Shown here: positions 10,069 through 20,069 of the stretch, piece by piece | How positions within the stretch are numbered: position 1 is the stretch's first letter | Layout of the letters: each line of letters opens with the position of its first letter | Source of the DNA: Candidatus Eiseniibacteriota bacterium | Lineage (GTDB): Bacteria > Eisenbacteria > RBG-16-71-46 > CAVPCR01 | Length of the DNA: 64,000 nt | NCBI GenBank assembly: GCA_963823555.1 | Contig: CAWGMA010000002.1 | Span: 352,001 to 416,000, forward strand | Direction: 5' to 3' | Notes under the pieces: generated by a model | Told to the model about the DNA's origin: nothing | What the model saw: only the letters and a program-made list of their open reading frames with translations | Databases searched by the model: none | Program-made: the position numbers and the translations under genes

Positions 10069-10770
10069 TCACCTCGTTTCATTAGGGGTACCGCTCGACA
10101 CCTCGGGGAAGAGCTCGCTCTTGAGCGACTGCCACGTCGCCTCGTCGAGCTGGTCCCCGAAGACTTCGGTCCACTCACCGCCGTCGGTGGCCACGAACCC
10201 GAGCATGGGGCTCAGACGGGTCGTGATGCGCGAACGGATGGCATCGAGCCAGTCGCGCGCGCTGGTCGCCGGCATGAGATTCTGGAAGCTTGCGGCCACG
10301 TGATCCGGACGAATGCGCAGCACCCAGCCGCTGGCATACGGCGCGCGCTGCACGAGTTCAGGTTCGGAGAAGAGCCGCCGGTTGACTTCGACCACCTCGC
10401 CATCCACCGGCATCGCCATCGCGAGCTCGCGCCCGCGCGCGGAGATGAGCGCCCACGCCGGGTCACCCTGGCGGAAGCGCATCCCCGGACGGGGCAGGAG
10501 CACCTGAGCGAGCTTGCCGAGGAACCTTGGCGCGAAGGCATCGCTGCCCACTGCCACCAGCTCCTCGCCGGCGCGTCGCGCCCAGGTGTGGCCGGGGTGG
10601 AAGAGGAGATCGGACGCTGGCTCGATCGCCAGGCCGTTCGGTTCCGGCTCCACCCGGGGCACGATCGGGGACTTGAGCAACGTCGGTGCCTCGACCGCCT
10701 GCTTGCGGTGGAGGAGCCAGTCGGCGAGGAGGAACCCCGCCACGGAAACCAGAACCAGGATCGGAACCAT
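10069..10770 (-). CDS. Membrane-anchored glycine cleavage H-like protein, no lipoyl-Lys
   Basis: N-terminal TM (MVPILVLVSVAGFLLADWLL); HPGHTWAR, VAVGSD, MPVDGEVVEVN, PYASGWVL; hairpin reads SARGRE; GAGGT RBS. Confidence 0.85.
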   Translation of the reverse strand: MVPILVLVSVAGFLLADWLLHRKQAVEAPTLLKSPIVPRVEPEPNGLAIEPASDLLFHPGHTWARRAGEELVAVGSDAFAPRFLGKLAQVLLPRPGMRFRQGDPAWALISARGRELAMAMPVDGEVVEVNRRLFSEPELVQRAPYASGWVLRIRPDHVAASFQNLMPATSARDWLDAIRSRITTRLSPMLGFVATDGGEWTEVFGDQLDEATWQSLKSELFPEVSSGTPNETR

Positions 10771-10817
10771 GACCCACCTCGTTTGCTGCGGAGACCATCG
10801 GCCACCAGGAGGCAATC

Positions 10818-10832
10818 GCATGAAGCGGGCCG
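10818..10832 (-). promoter_or_regulatory. Candidate sigma-54 promoter of the GcvH-like/HybAB operon
   Basis: Minus strand CGGCCCGCTTCATGC: GG-N10-GC spacing, resembles TGGCACG-N4-TTGC; about 50 nt upstream of start 10770. Confidence 0.5.
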
Positions 10833-10919
10833 GAACCCCGAGGGCGTGCCGCGATTCGCGGCAGGAGGGCGGAAGCCATTGTCGTTATGAGGACTTATGC
10901 GGGACGAGGAAGGGTTGGC

Positions 10920-11072
10920 TGTCGAGGAAGACGGCAGTCGAGGCGGCGACGATTGTCGAATGTTTCGGCAGTCGCGCCCGCGAGAGAGCGGCCCGGAAGG
11001 CCTAAGCGAAAGGCTCGCAACAGGTAAAGTCTGCTGTTGAATTCCTCGACTGCCGTTTCGAAGAATTCAACA
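10920..11072. promoter_or_regulatory. Four imperfect palindromes TGTCGA-N5-TCGACA, candidate enhancer (UAS) sites
   Basis: TGTCGA-GGAAG-ACGGCA (10920-36), TGTCGA-ATGTT-TCGGCA (10954-70), TGTTGA-ATTCC-TCGACT (11035-51), TTTCGA-AGAAT-TCAACA (11056-72). Confidence 0.55.
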
Positions 11073-11095
11073 ACTGCCGGTCCTCGCGCGAACCA

Positions 11096-12886
11096 TCAAT
11101 CCGGAAGCAGCACCAGCTTCCGCGCGATCTCGGCCGTGCCCGTGCGCAGGCGCACGAAGTAGATCCCGGCGGGTGCCCTTCCACCCGCGGCGTCACTGCG
11201 ATCCCAGGGCACTGTGTACTCACCTGCGGTGCGAGATCCGGAAGCGAGCGTGCGCACATGCCGGCCGGCGACGTCGAAGAGGGCGAGCGCAATCGTCGTC
11301 TCGCCACCGACCCGGTATCGGATCATGACCGGCTCGGCCCCCGAGATGACCGCGGGCAGCTCGAGCGCGGACTGGACGCCGCCGGGCGATCCATCGTTAC
11401 CGGTGCCGGTCGGCGCCTGGCCCTCGATGCGGAAGTTGCGCATCATGCCCCGGTCCTCGTGCTCGAGATTGTGGCAGTGGTAGAGGAAGAGGCCGGGATG
11501 CGGCCAGAAGCGCATGAGCACCTTGGCGCGCTCGCCCGGCATCAGGATCAGGGTGTCCTTCCATCCCGAGTCGACGAAGCCGTTGCTCACCGTGGCATAG
11601 TTCCCCGCACCCGAGGCGGTGATCGTGCGCTCGTAGATCTGGAACTGGACGGCATGCACGTGCAACGGATGGAGCATCTGCATCATCGGCATGCCGGACG
11701 TGTTCTGGAACTCCCACACCTCGAGATCCCCGAGGTTCACGATCTCGTTCGGGGTGATCCCGTTCATCTCGAAGGTGAGGCCGTTCAGGAGCCACTGGCC
11801 CATGGCGAAGGAGATGGCGAAGGTGCGCGGGCTCGCCGCATTGACCGCATCCTCGAGCCGGTAGCGGGTGATCGGCGTGAGCGTGGCCGGCAGGGTCAGG
11901 GTCTCGGGTTGGCTCCGATCGATCGTGATCCGCATCACGTTGAAGGCGGCGCCATCGGGCAGGGAGCCGCCACCCATGCCGCCCGGGGAGAAGGCGAGGC
12001 TCTGGAGGACGAGCTCGGAGCCGACGGGTCGCTGCGAGAGGTCCGCCCACACCTCGACGCGCTCACCGGGGCCGAGCATGGCGTAGGGCCGCTCGGCCGG
12101 AGCGGGCAACAGCCCGCCGTCCGTGCCGATCACGACCATCGGCGAGCCGTCGCCCCAGGCCAGCTTGTAGGTGCGGGAATTGGATCCGTTCAGGAAGCGA
12201 AAGCGGTAGACGCGGGTGGCGGCCGAGAACGCGGCATCGGGCCGGCCGTTGACGAGGATGCGGTCGCCGAGGAAGCCGCCCATCATGTTGCCCGTGTCGT
12301 AGAGGAGCTGGTTTCCGGTATCGAAGCGGCGATCTTGAATCACGAACGGGACGTCGAACTCGCCGCGCGGAAGCGCGAGCACGGCCTCCTCCGGGTCGGA
12401 GACGATGAGGAGACCGGCCAGACCCTGGTATACCTGCGGGCCCGTGCGCAGATCGGGATGGGGATGGTACCAGTAGGTTCCGGCCCGGTTGATCACGGTG
12501 AACTCGTAATCGTAATCGGCGCCGCTGGGCACCGCGTCGCGCGGGTGGCCGTCCGCGGCCTCCGGCACGATGAGCCCGTGCCAGTGGATGATGGACGGCT
12601 CTCCGCTCTCGTTCCGGAAGCGGATCCGCACGTGATCGCCGCGCGTGAGGCGGATCGTGGGTCCGAGATAGGAACCGGGAATCGGTTCGAGCACCGAGGG
12701 CGGTCCCGAGAGGACCGTTCCCGTATACTGGAGAACCCCGGTTGCCTGTCCCGGAAGCACGGGCACCTGGCCCGGCGCGGCGGTGAGCTCGATCTCCGCC
12801 GTGAGGGGTTGCGCCCGCGCTCCCGAGGAGAAGAAGAGCGTGATGCCAAGGGCGATGAGAAGCGCGCACACCGGGTTCCGGGACAT
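11096..12886 (-). CDS. Multicopper oxidase (CueO/bilirubin oxidase-like) with C-terminal FlgD-Ig domain
   Basis: HWHG, YWYHPH, HPLHVH, HCHNLEHEDRGMM Cu motifs; Sec-type signal; tail LFDVAGRHVRTL...WD...GIYFVRL. Confidence 0.93.
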   Translation of the reverse strand: MSRNPVCALLIALGITLFFSSGARAQPLTAEIELTAAPGQVPVLPGQATGVLQYTGTVLSGPPSVLEPIPGSYLGPTIRLTRGDHVRIRFRNESGEPSIIHWHGLIVPEAADGHPRDAVPSGADYDYEFTVINRAGTYWYHPHPDLRTGPQVYQGLAGLLIVSDPEEAVLALPRGEFDVPFVIQDRRFDTGNQLLYDTGNMMGGFLGDRILVNGRPDAAFSAATRVYRFRFLNGSNSRTYKLAWGDGSPMVVIGTDGGLLPAPAERPYAMLGPGERVEVWADLSQRPVGSELVLQSLAFSPGGMGGGSLPDGAAFNVMRITIDRSQPETLTLPATLTPITRYRLEDAVNAASPRTFAISFAMGQWLLNGLTFEMNGITPNEIVNLGDLEVWEFQNTSGMPMMQMLHPLHVHAVQFQIYERTITASGAGNYATVSNGFVDSGWKDTLILMPGERAKVLMRFWPHPGLFLYHCHNLEHEDRGMMRNFRIEGQAPTGTGNDGSPGGVQSALELPAVISGAEPVMIRYRVGGETTIALALFDVAGRHVRTLASGSRTAGEYTVPWDRSDAAGGRAPAGIYFVRLRTGTAEIARKLVLLPD

Positions 12887-13035
12887 GGGGTTCCTCACAG
12901 TCGGGGGGCCTGGGTCACAAGCGAGCACCGATCAGATTAGAGCAATCGCCATCCCGGAACAACCGGCAGCGAGGCCAGGCAAGCCAGGTGCCGGCCTGCA
13001 GGGTCCCGGACCGTCCCAGTAGGAGAGAACGACAC

Positions 13036-14277
13036 GTGCTCACCGAGCTCTCGGCTCGCGGCCGCTACGTCCTCCGCGCTGCGCGCGGCATCGATGTTCT
13101 GAAGGAGGAGGTCATCCGCGACGCCACCGTGGTGGTCGAAGGGGACATGATTCGCGAGTTCGGGGGCGGGCTCGCCACGCCCGCCGGGGCCACCGTCATC
13201 GACCTCGGCGATGCGACGCTGCTTCCGGGTCTCCATGACAACCACTGTCACCTGATGATCGAGCCGCGCGATCTGACCGCCCTGGTTTACAAGCGTTCCT
13301 CGGCGCACAAGACGCTCGATGGGCTCCTGAACGCCCAGAAGACCCTCCTCGCCGGCTTCACCACGGTGCGGGATCCCGGCGACTGCGACTGGCAGTACGG
13401 ACTCGTCGATCTCCGGAACTTCATCAACCAGGGGCACGCCGCCGGCCCCCGCATCCTCGTGGCGCCGCATTTCCTCTCCATCACGGGCGGCCATGGTGAC
13501 GCCAACGATTTCGCCTGCGATCTCTGCATGCGGGGGGTGGGGAAGATCGTGGACGGGGTCGAGGCGATGCGCCAGGCGGTGCGCGAGGAGATCAAGTTCG
13601 GGGCGGACTGGATCAAGCTCTTCGCCTCGGGTGGGGTCGTGAGCATGGGGGACAACCCCGAGCACTCGCACTACAGCCGCGAGGAGATCCGGATCGCGGC
13701 CGAGGAGGCGCACCGCCTCGGCAAGAAGATCACCGCGCATGCCCACGGCGCCGATGCGATCCGCATGTGCGCCGAAGCCGGGTTCGACTCGGTCGAGCAC
13801 TGCACGCTCATCGACGACGACGGGCTCCGGCTCATGAAGGAGCGCGGCGTCTACTGTGTGCCCACGCTCTACGTGCTCGACTTCGTCATGCGTCCGGAGA
13901 ACCCGATGAATCTGGATGCTTCGATCATCGCCAAGGCGCGCGCGATCGGCGCCCGCCAGCGGGAGCGGTTCGCCCGCATCGCCGCCACCGGCGTGCCGGT
14001 CGCCTACGGCACCGACATCGGGATCTTCCCCCACGGCGAGAACTGGCGCGACTTCCCTTGCATGGTCGAGTGCGGCATGACGCCGATGGCGGCCATTGGC
14101 GCGGCGACGATCGCTTCGGCGCGCATGAACGGGATCGCCGATCGCGTGGGCGCGCTCGCCCCGGGTCTCGCGGCGGACGTGATCGCGGTCGCCGGGGATC
14201 CGCTCACCGATGTCACGCGGCTTGGAGAGGTGCGCTTCGTGATGAAGGGCGGGGCCATCTACCGGCGGGAGAGGTAG
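13036..14277 (+). CDS. Metal-dependent amidohydrolase (Xaa-Pro dipeptidase-like)
   Basis: LLPGLHDNHCH, IKLFASGGV, AHAHG, SVEHC, YGTD; GTG start after AGGAG. Confidence 0.9.
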   Translation: MLTELSARGRYVLRAARGIDVLKEEVIRDATVVVEGDMIREFGGGLATPAGATVIDLGDATLLPGLHDNHCHLMIEPRDLTALVYKRSSAHKTLDGLLNAQKTLLAGFTTVRDPGDCDWQYGLVDLRNFINQGHAAGPRILVAPHFLSITGGHGDANDFACDLCMRGVGKIVDGVEAMRQAVREEIKFGADWIKLFASGGVVSMGDNPEHSHYSREEIRIAAEEAHRLGKKITAHAHGADAIRMCAEAGFDSVEHCTLIDDDGLRLMKERGVYCVPTLYVLDFVMRPENPMNLDASIIAKARAIGARQRERFARIAATGVPVAYGTDIGIFPHGENWRDFPCMVECGMTPMAAIGAATIASARMNGIADRVGALAPGLAADVIAVAGDPLTDVTRLGEVRFVMKGGAIYRRER

Positions 14278-14368
14278 GGATAGCCTCCTCCGGGCCCCAC
14301 GTCTTGAGCAGGCAGGTCCGTTGGGTCCCGAGGTCTCGGACGTACCAGAGTGGCCCCCCCGATGCCAA

Positions 14369-14410
14369 GCCCGTCGACGGATGTTTCCGCGGAAACATCC
14401 GTCGACGGGC
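14369..14410. repeat. Perfect 42-bp palindrome with parS-like core, between convergent genes
   Basis: GCCCGTCGACGGATGTTTCCG|CGGAAACATCCGTCGACGGGC is its own reverse complement; core TGTTTCCGCGGAAACA at 14382-14397. Confidence 0.95.
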
Positions 14411-14468
14411 GCTGACATGGACGAGTACGCCACAGCGACCGTCGACTGAGTTCACGCGCTCGGACCAC

Positions 14469-17400
14469 CTATCGCACGAGCGTCATGGTCCGGACCTGCA
14501 TGAAGTCCCGGGTCTCGAGGCGGAGGTAGTAGATGCCCGAGGCGACCGCGTCGCCGGCGTCGTTCTTTCCATCCCAGACGAGCGAGTGCTCGCCGGCCTC
14601 GACGACGCCATCGACGAGCGAGCGCACCACCCGCCCCGACACGCTGTAGATGCGCAACGAGGCCGGCCCGCTCTCGGACACGCGATAGCTGAGCGTGGTT
14701 CGCGGGTTGAACGGGTTCGGGTGGCATGGATCGAGCCCGTTCTGGCGCAGGACCTCGGGCGAGGCCACGGCCAGCGGGACCCGGATCCCGGTCAGCACGA
14801 AGTCGTCGACCGCCGCCTCGACCAGCGAGCCGGAACCGTCATCGGAGGCCACGAAGCGGAACTGCATCGTGCTCGTGATCGGAACGGCCGCGTCGAGCAG
14901 GAAGCTCCGCTCGACCCAGGCGTTGGTGCTCGCCGTCGTGTTCTCGAGCGGCACCCAGGTCGAGCCGTCGCTCGTGACCTCGACCACCCAGGAATCCTGC
15001 CCGGGCGAGTTGCCGCGATCGTTCGTGTACCACACCCAGTAGCGGACCGAGGCCGTCGTGTAGCCGTCGAGGTCGAAGACCGGCGAGAGGAGCGTGGTCT
15101 TGCCGCCGTCGACGTCGTTGACGCCGGCCGCGCCGCCGGGGGTGTCGTTCCCGGTGACGAAGCAGACGACGCCGGGATCGGGCGTGTGGTCGTCCTCGGG
15201 CTGCACATTGAAGCCGTTGTAAACCGTCCCCACCGGATCCTCACGCACCCAGATCCCGGTCGTCGCGTCGTCGCCGGGTGCGCCCACGGTCCAGCCGCCG
15301 GCCGCCTCGAAGTCATCCTCGGCCGCCGCCACCATCGGCGCCACCCAGAACGAGAAGGTCACCCCCGGTGCCCCCGGCGGATCGAGCGTCGTGTTCCCGA
15401 GCCCGTCGCGCGCCAGCACATAGTAGGAGACGAGCGTCGTCTGGGGCTGGCCGGGGATCTCGGCCAGGTAGTCGTCGCCACCCGCGGGCGTGAGCGGGAG
15501 CGCGGTGAACGGTCCGCTGTTCACCGCGTAGTAGAGGGACTTCTCGGCCAGACCCGAGTACTCGACGATGCGTACCGGAATCGGGTAGGGCCCGGCCTCG
15601 TCGCCGGTGTGCGGATGCTGGGTCGTCGTGATCTCCGGACCGGCGATGTCGACGAGGCTGAAATCGACGACCGCCTCCTCGCCCTCGGCGATGATGACGC
15701 TCGACGTCGTGTCCGGCCGGAAGCCCGAGAGGCTCGCCACCACGTCGTAGGTTCCCGGCGAGACGAAGCCCAGATAGGAACCATCGGTGCCGGTCAGGAA
15801 GACGCGACCGCTCCCGAGCACCGTCACCTCGGCGTTGGGTAGCGGTGCCGAGTTGAACGAGTTCCGGACCGTGCCGCGGATCGTGCCCATGCTGCTCTCG
15901 AGGAGCGGCAGGAAGCGGATGGCGCGCCCGCCGGTGACCGTCGCCGCACCCAGCGGGTAGCGGTTGAAGTAGGTGATGAGAAGGCCGTCGGTGTGGGTCG
16001 GATCCTCGATCCCGACCGTGGCGTAGCCGTCGGTGGCGTCGCTGTTGGAGACCGTCTCGTACTGCAACTCGATGATGCCGTCGCCGGTGTCGGTGGGATG
16101 GTAGGCCGGGTCGTAGAAGATGACCTGGAAGGTCTCGGTGGCGTTGCCGACCAGGTTCCGGATGCGGCTCCACTCGACGATCCAGCGGTGATTGGCGGCG
16201 TCGTACTTCTGGAAGCACCGCGAGGTACCGGAGGACTGGTAGAGCTCGTCCCAGAAGACGGCGACCATGGCCGCGGGTCCGCCGGCGCCCGGAATGGTCC
16301 AGTTGCGGTAGCTCGTGAGATAGGTCTCGCCCATCGCGACCCAGCCGTTCGAGCAGACGGTCGCCCGCGTGTACGTCTCCCCGTAGTAGTGGAAGGGGAA
16401 GGGCAGATCGATGATCCGGGACTTGTCCTGGGTGTCGCCGAAGTCGCCGAGGGTGATCTCCGTCGCTCCACTGCCGCCGTAGGCCGGGTCGATCTCGACC
16501 CAGTCGTAGGTCGGCGCCTCGGGGTAGATGGTGTCGGTGTTGTCGAAGGCGTAGTAGCCGTAGCGGTCGGGACCGACCGGGTCGGTGGTCGCGCGCTGCC
16601 CGACGGTGAGGGCGACCGCGGTCGTATCGGTCACGCCGCCAGAGAACTCGGTCACGAGCAGGAAGTTGGCGAGGAACCCGCCGTAGGCGCTGGAGGCCGC
16701 GGTGATCGTGAAGCGATCGCCGGCGTTGTTCCCGCTGCCGCCGGCCGCGATGGTGCCGAACGTACCGTCCGGATCACCGACCGAGACGAAGTGAGCTGAG
16801 CGAGATCAGCGTGGCGGAGACCGCCGCCGCCGTCACCGTGCCGTTGTTGTCGAGAACGAGACTCATCTCGACCGTCTCGCCCGGATCGAGGCGCCCGTTC
16901 CCCGCGTTGTAGAGCGTGATCGCTCCGGCGATGAGATCGGCTGAGGCGACCGGAATCTCGATCGAGCGAGTGCCACTGGCCCTCAGCCGTCGTCACATCG
17001 AGCCCGAAGCGGAGCGAGCGGCCATGCGGGCACTCGAGGGCCACCTGGAAGTCGAAGTCGTCGACCGTCGCCGCGATGCCGCCAGGGGCTACATTGGGGA
17101 AGGTCTCGTTGCCGTCGATGATCGTGACGTAGGGATCGGCTGATGTGAGGACGGCGCTGACTCCGGTCGCCGCGGTCGTGCCGGAGTTGCGCAGCTGGAC
17201 CCGGAGCTCGATCGTCTCGCCCGGGTTCACGATGCCGTCGTTCGATCCGCTCGCGTCGTCGATGGTGGACGAGAGATAGCCGACATGGACGTTCGGGGTC
17301 CCGACGGGGATCGTCGCCAGGTAGGGCTGCGCGTCGTGCTTGGTCACGGTCAGGAGCATGTTGCCCGCCGTCGCCGCGTCGATCGGGAGCTCGACCTGGC

Positions 17401-19263
17401 CCGCAGCGTCGGTGGAGCCGACCACGTAGGTCTCCGCGCCCTTCGACAGGCAGACCAGCGCTCCGGCGACCGGCGACTCGTCCTGCGTGACGGTCACGGT
17501 GACGGCATTGGCGCCGACCGCGATCGTGGCCGGGTGGGTCACCGCCAGCGGCTCGGGGAAGGCGGTCCACACGTCGACCGCCGGATCGCCCATCAGATTG
17601 TTCCAGTAGGCGTCAGATCTCCGCCCAGTTGGGTTGCGCCTCGTAGTAGTTGAGGTAGATCTCCAGCTTGCCGCGGGTGAGCGCCGCGCCCATGGTGTCG
17701 AGACGCTCCTCGAGGAGCCCATGCATCGTCCCGTAGAAGAGGCAGTTGTTGTAGCGGGTGTGGGTGCCGATGGTGGCGGTGCCGATGGCGCCGATGGCGC
17801 CCTTGGGCTGATCGACCCCGACCCCGGCGCGGAGGAAGCCCTCGGAGCGCGCCGTCTCGCCGGCGAAGGAGCCGGTGCCGCAGGTCATGATCACGGCGAA
17901 CGGCATCTTCCAGCCGTTGGTGAGCGAGTAGGTGTTGCCGTTCGACCAGCCGCTCATGTTGAGCCAGCCGCGGTAGCCGATGATGGTGTCGCCGCGGTTG
18001 AAGGCGGTGGTCATCTGACTCACGAAGGGCGAGGTGAAGACGGTGTCGACCTCGGTGTAGCCGATATCGATGAGGCGCGTCTTGACCCACTGCATGCACT
18101 CGATGGTGCTCTGCCCGGAGTCGCCGGGTCACCGACCAGGCAGGCGCGGGTGAACCAGGTCGGGTCCTGGATATAGGGCTGGCTCTCGTAGTCGACGATC
18201 TTGTTGACGATGAGTAGGAGCTCGTTGAGCGAGCTGAAGGAGAGCCGGCCGATGTGGACATCGGCGAGGATGTCGTCGCCCTCGAGCGTCGTGTAGGGGT
18301 GATCGCCCTCGCCGTTGTAGCCGCTCAGGCTCTCGTACCAGGTCGGGATCGAGTAGGGGGCCGGGCGTCTCCGACGAGCACGATGTACTCGGGCGGCACC
18401 GGCCAGTTGTCGTAGGCGTTCTGGATGTAGCTCTTGATCTGGGTGTTGCTGGTTCCGGTCTGGGACGTGGTGGCCACGACAACGGGGTTACCCTTGCGCT
18501 GCCGCCAGGCGACCAGGTGCGAGAGGCGATTGGTGACCGCGGTGTCGCTGGGGCAGATCGCGAGCCAGGTGCCGGGAGCGACCGTGGCGCCGAGCGCCTG
18601 GGCGCCCGGGTAGTTGACGATGAGACTCCGGTAGAGCCGATCGAAGCTCGGGGGGATCGTCGAGTGGCGGCTGGTGAGTGCGGTCCCGCCGCCAAGAAAC
18701 TCGACGGTGACTTCCATCTCTCTCGCGATCTCGATCGTCTCCGCTTCCGGGTCATAGCGGACGGGGAGGAAGGTCAAGGCGACCACACGCACGTCGCGCA
18801 GGATCATCGGCTCGCCGACGATCACGTCGGCTGCGGGTGCGCCGGCTCGGGCGTAGTTCTCCGCGTCGATCGCAACGTCCTTGTCCTCGTCCTCGGTGAT
18901 CGGCGCCAGACGCATATCCGTCATGGTCTCGCGCGCGAGGAGGGTGGCGTGCGCCGTGACCTCCACGCCCTCGGGCACCTGGATGAGCCGCGTGAAGCTG
19001 GGGACCGCGGGTTCCCCGACCGCGCCCTGGAATCCGCCTCCCGGGATGGTCGCCGTCTTGAACGCGCGGCCGCTGATGGCCATGTCGCCGATCTCGAGGT
19101 CGGGAAGCGTGAACCGGAGGCTCATGCTGCGGGGTCCCTGATCCTCCACCGCGACGACGGGGGGCAGGGCCTCCGGCCGGAGGGTGGAGGCCTCGATGGC
19201 AGGGACGGTCGAGAGGATGGCGAGTAGGCTCAGCAAGAGCCCGATAGAGGCGTGGCCGCGCAT
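14469..19263 (-). CDS. Large secreted gingipain-like (C25) protein with propeptide, Ig/carboxypeptidase-regulatory domains and C-terminal FlgD-Ig; 5 frameshifts
   Basis: Signal + propeptide (GEPAVP, GEPMILRDVRVV), WRQRKG, EYIVLVGD, GDHPY..LEGDDILADVHIGRLS, VIMTCGTGSF, NNLMGDP, GPDRYGYYAFD, HPNPFNPRT CTD; shifts near 18365, 18125, 17612, 16965, 16795. Confidence 0.85.
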
Positions 19264-19448
19264 GGCTCCTCCAGATGGGTCGGCGCTAGGCTAGAAGCGG
19301 CTCGATGTTCGGGCGCGGCCAGTCTTCAATTATCTCTCAATTCGGCCGCTCGTGGGCCCTCAATCTGCCCCGAAATGCGGGGGCCGAGGTGCTGTCGGAG
19401 AGGTGGCGACGGCCCAAGATCCGGTCGGCCCGGCCCGCAGCGACGGGC

Positions 19449-20069
19449 TCAGAACTCGGTGCTGACGCCGGCGACGTAGTAGTCGTCCTCGCCATCCCAG
19501 GGATTGAACGCATAGAAGGAGAAGCTCAGGCTCCGGACGTGCGAGTACATGGTGATCCCCGTGTTGATATCGCGGTTCTCGCCGCGGACCCGCGCTCGTT
19601 CGATGGTGACCCCGGGCGCGAACAGGTCGTGCGCGTTCACGATCCACTCGGTCCAGCTGTAGAAGAAGCTCGCGTCCTCGTCCTCGAGATCGAAGAGGTA
19701 CTCGGCGGCCGTGGAGAAGGAGAGCACCCGCCACGCGAGGTCGACCTCGAGCCCGGGGGCGAGGCCATTGGTGCGGCCGAAGGCGACGCCTGCTACCGGG
19801 GCCACCCACCACTGGAACTCGTCGCCGCCCTCGAACGTGGGGCCGGCCCAGAGGGAGGCGGTCGCGAGGTCCTCGTACTGGTAGCGCGCCTCGACATAGA
19901 GCCGGCCGTGGGTCATGGAGAACATGGGCAGGAGATAGGTCAGGTCGGGGATGAAGTTCACGTACAGGCTCGCCGCGTACGAGGACGAGTCCGCCTCGTC
20001 GATCACATCACCGGCGTGAACTGCCTCAGGCGCGGCCATGGCCAGGAGACCGATCAGCAGGAGCATCAT
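19449..20069 (-). CDS. Putative small outer-membrane beta-barrel protein
   Basis: Signal peptide, alternating aromatic strands (YVEARYQYED), C-terminal Phe; ATGA overlap with upstream amylase. Confidence 0.6.
   Translation of the reverse strand: MMLLLIGLLAMAAPEAVHAGDVIDEADSSSYAASLYVNFIPDLTYLLPMFSMTHGRLYVEARYQYEDLATASLWAGPTFEGGDEFQWWVAPVAGVAFGRTNGLAPGLEVDLAWRVLSFSTAAEYLFDLEDEDASFFYSWTEWIVNAHDLFAPGVTIERARVRGENRDINTGITMYSHVRSLSFSFYAFNPWDGEDDYYVAGVSTEF

Noticed and set aside
5942..10770. A glycine cleavage system or sulfur-oxidation LbpA cluster
   Set aside because: No lipoyl-Lys in any paralog and no gcvP/T/L, lipoate ligase or sHdr genes nearby
17610..17615. In-frame TGA in the C25 gene as selenocysteine/readthrough
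   Set aside because: The downstream conserved sequence (YWNNLMGDP) continues in a different frame, so it is an indel, not readthrough
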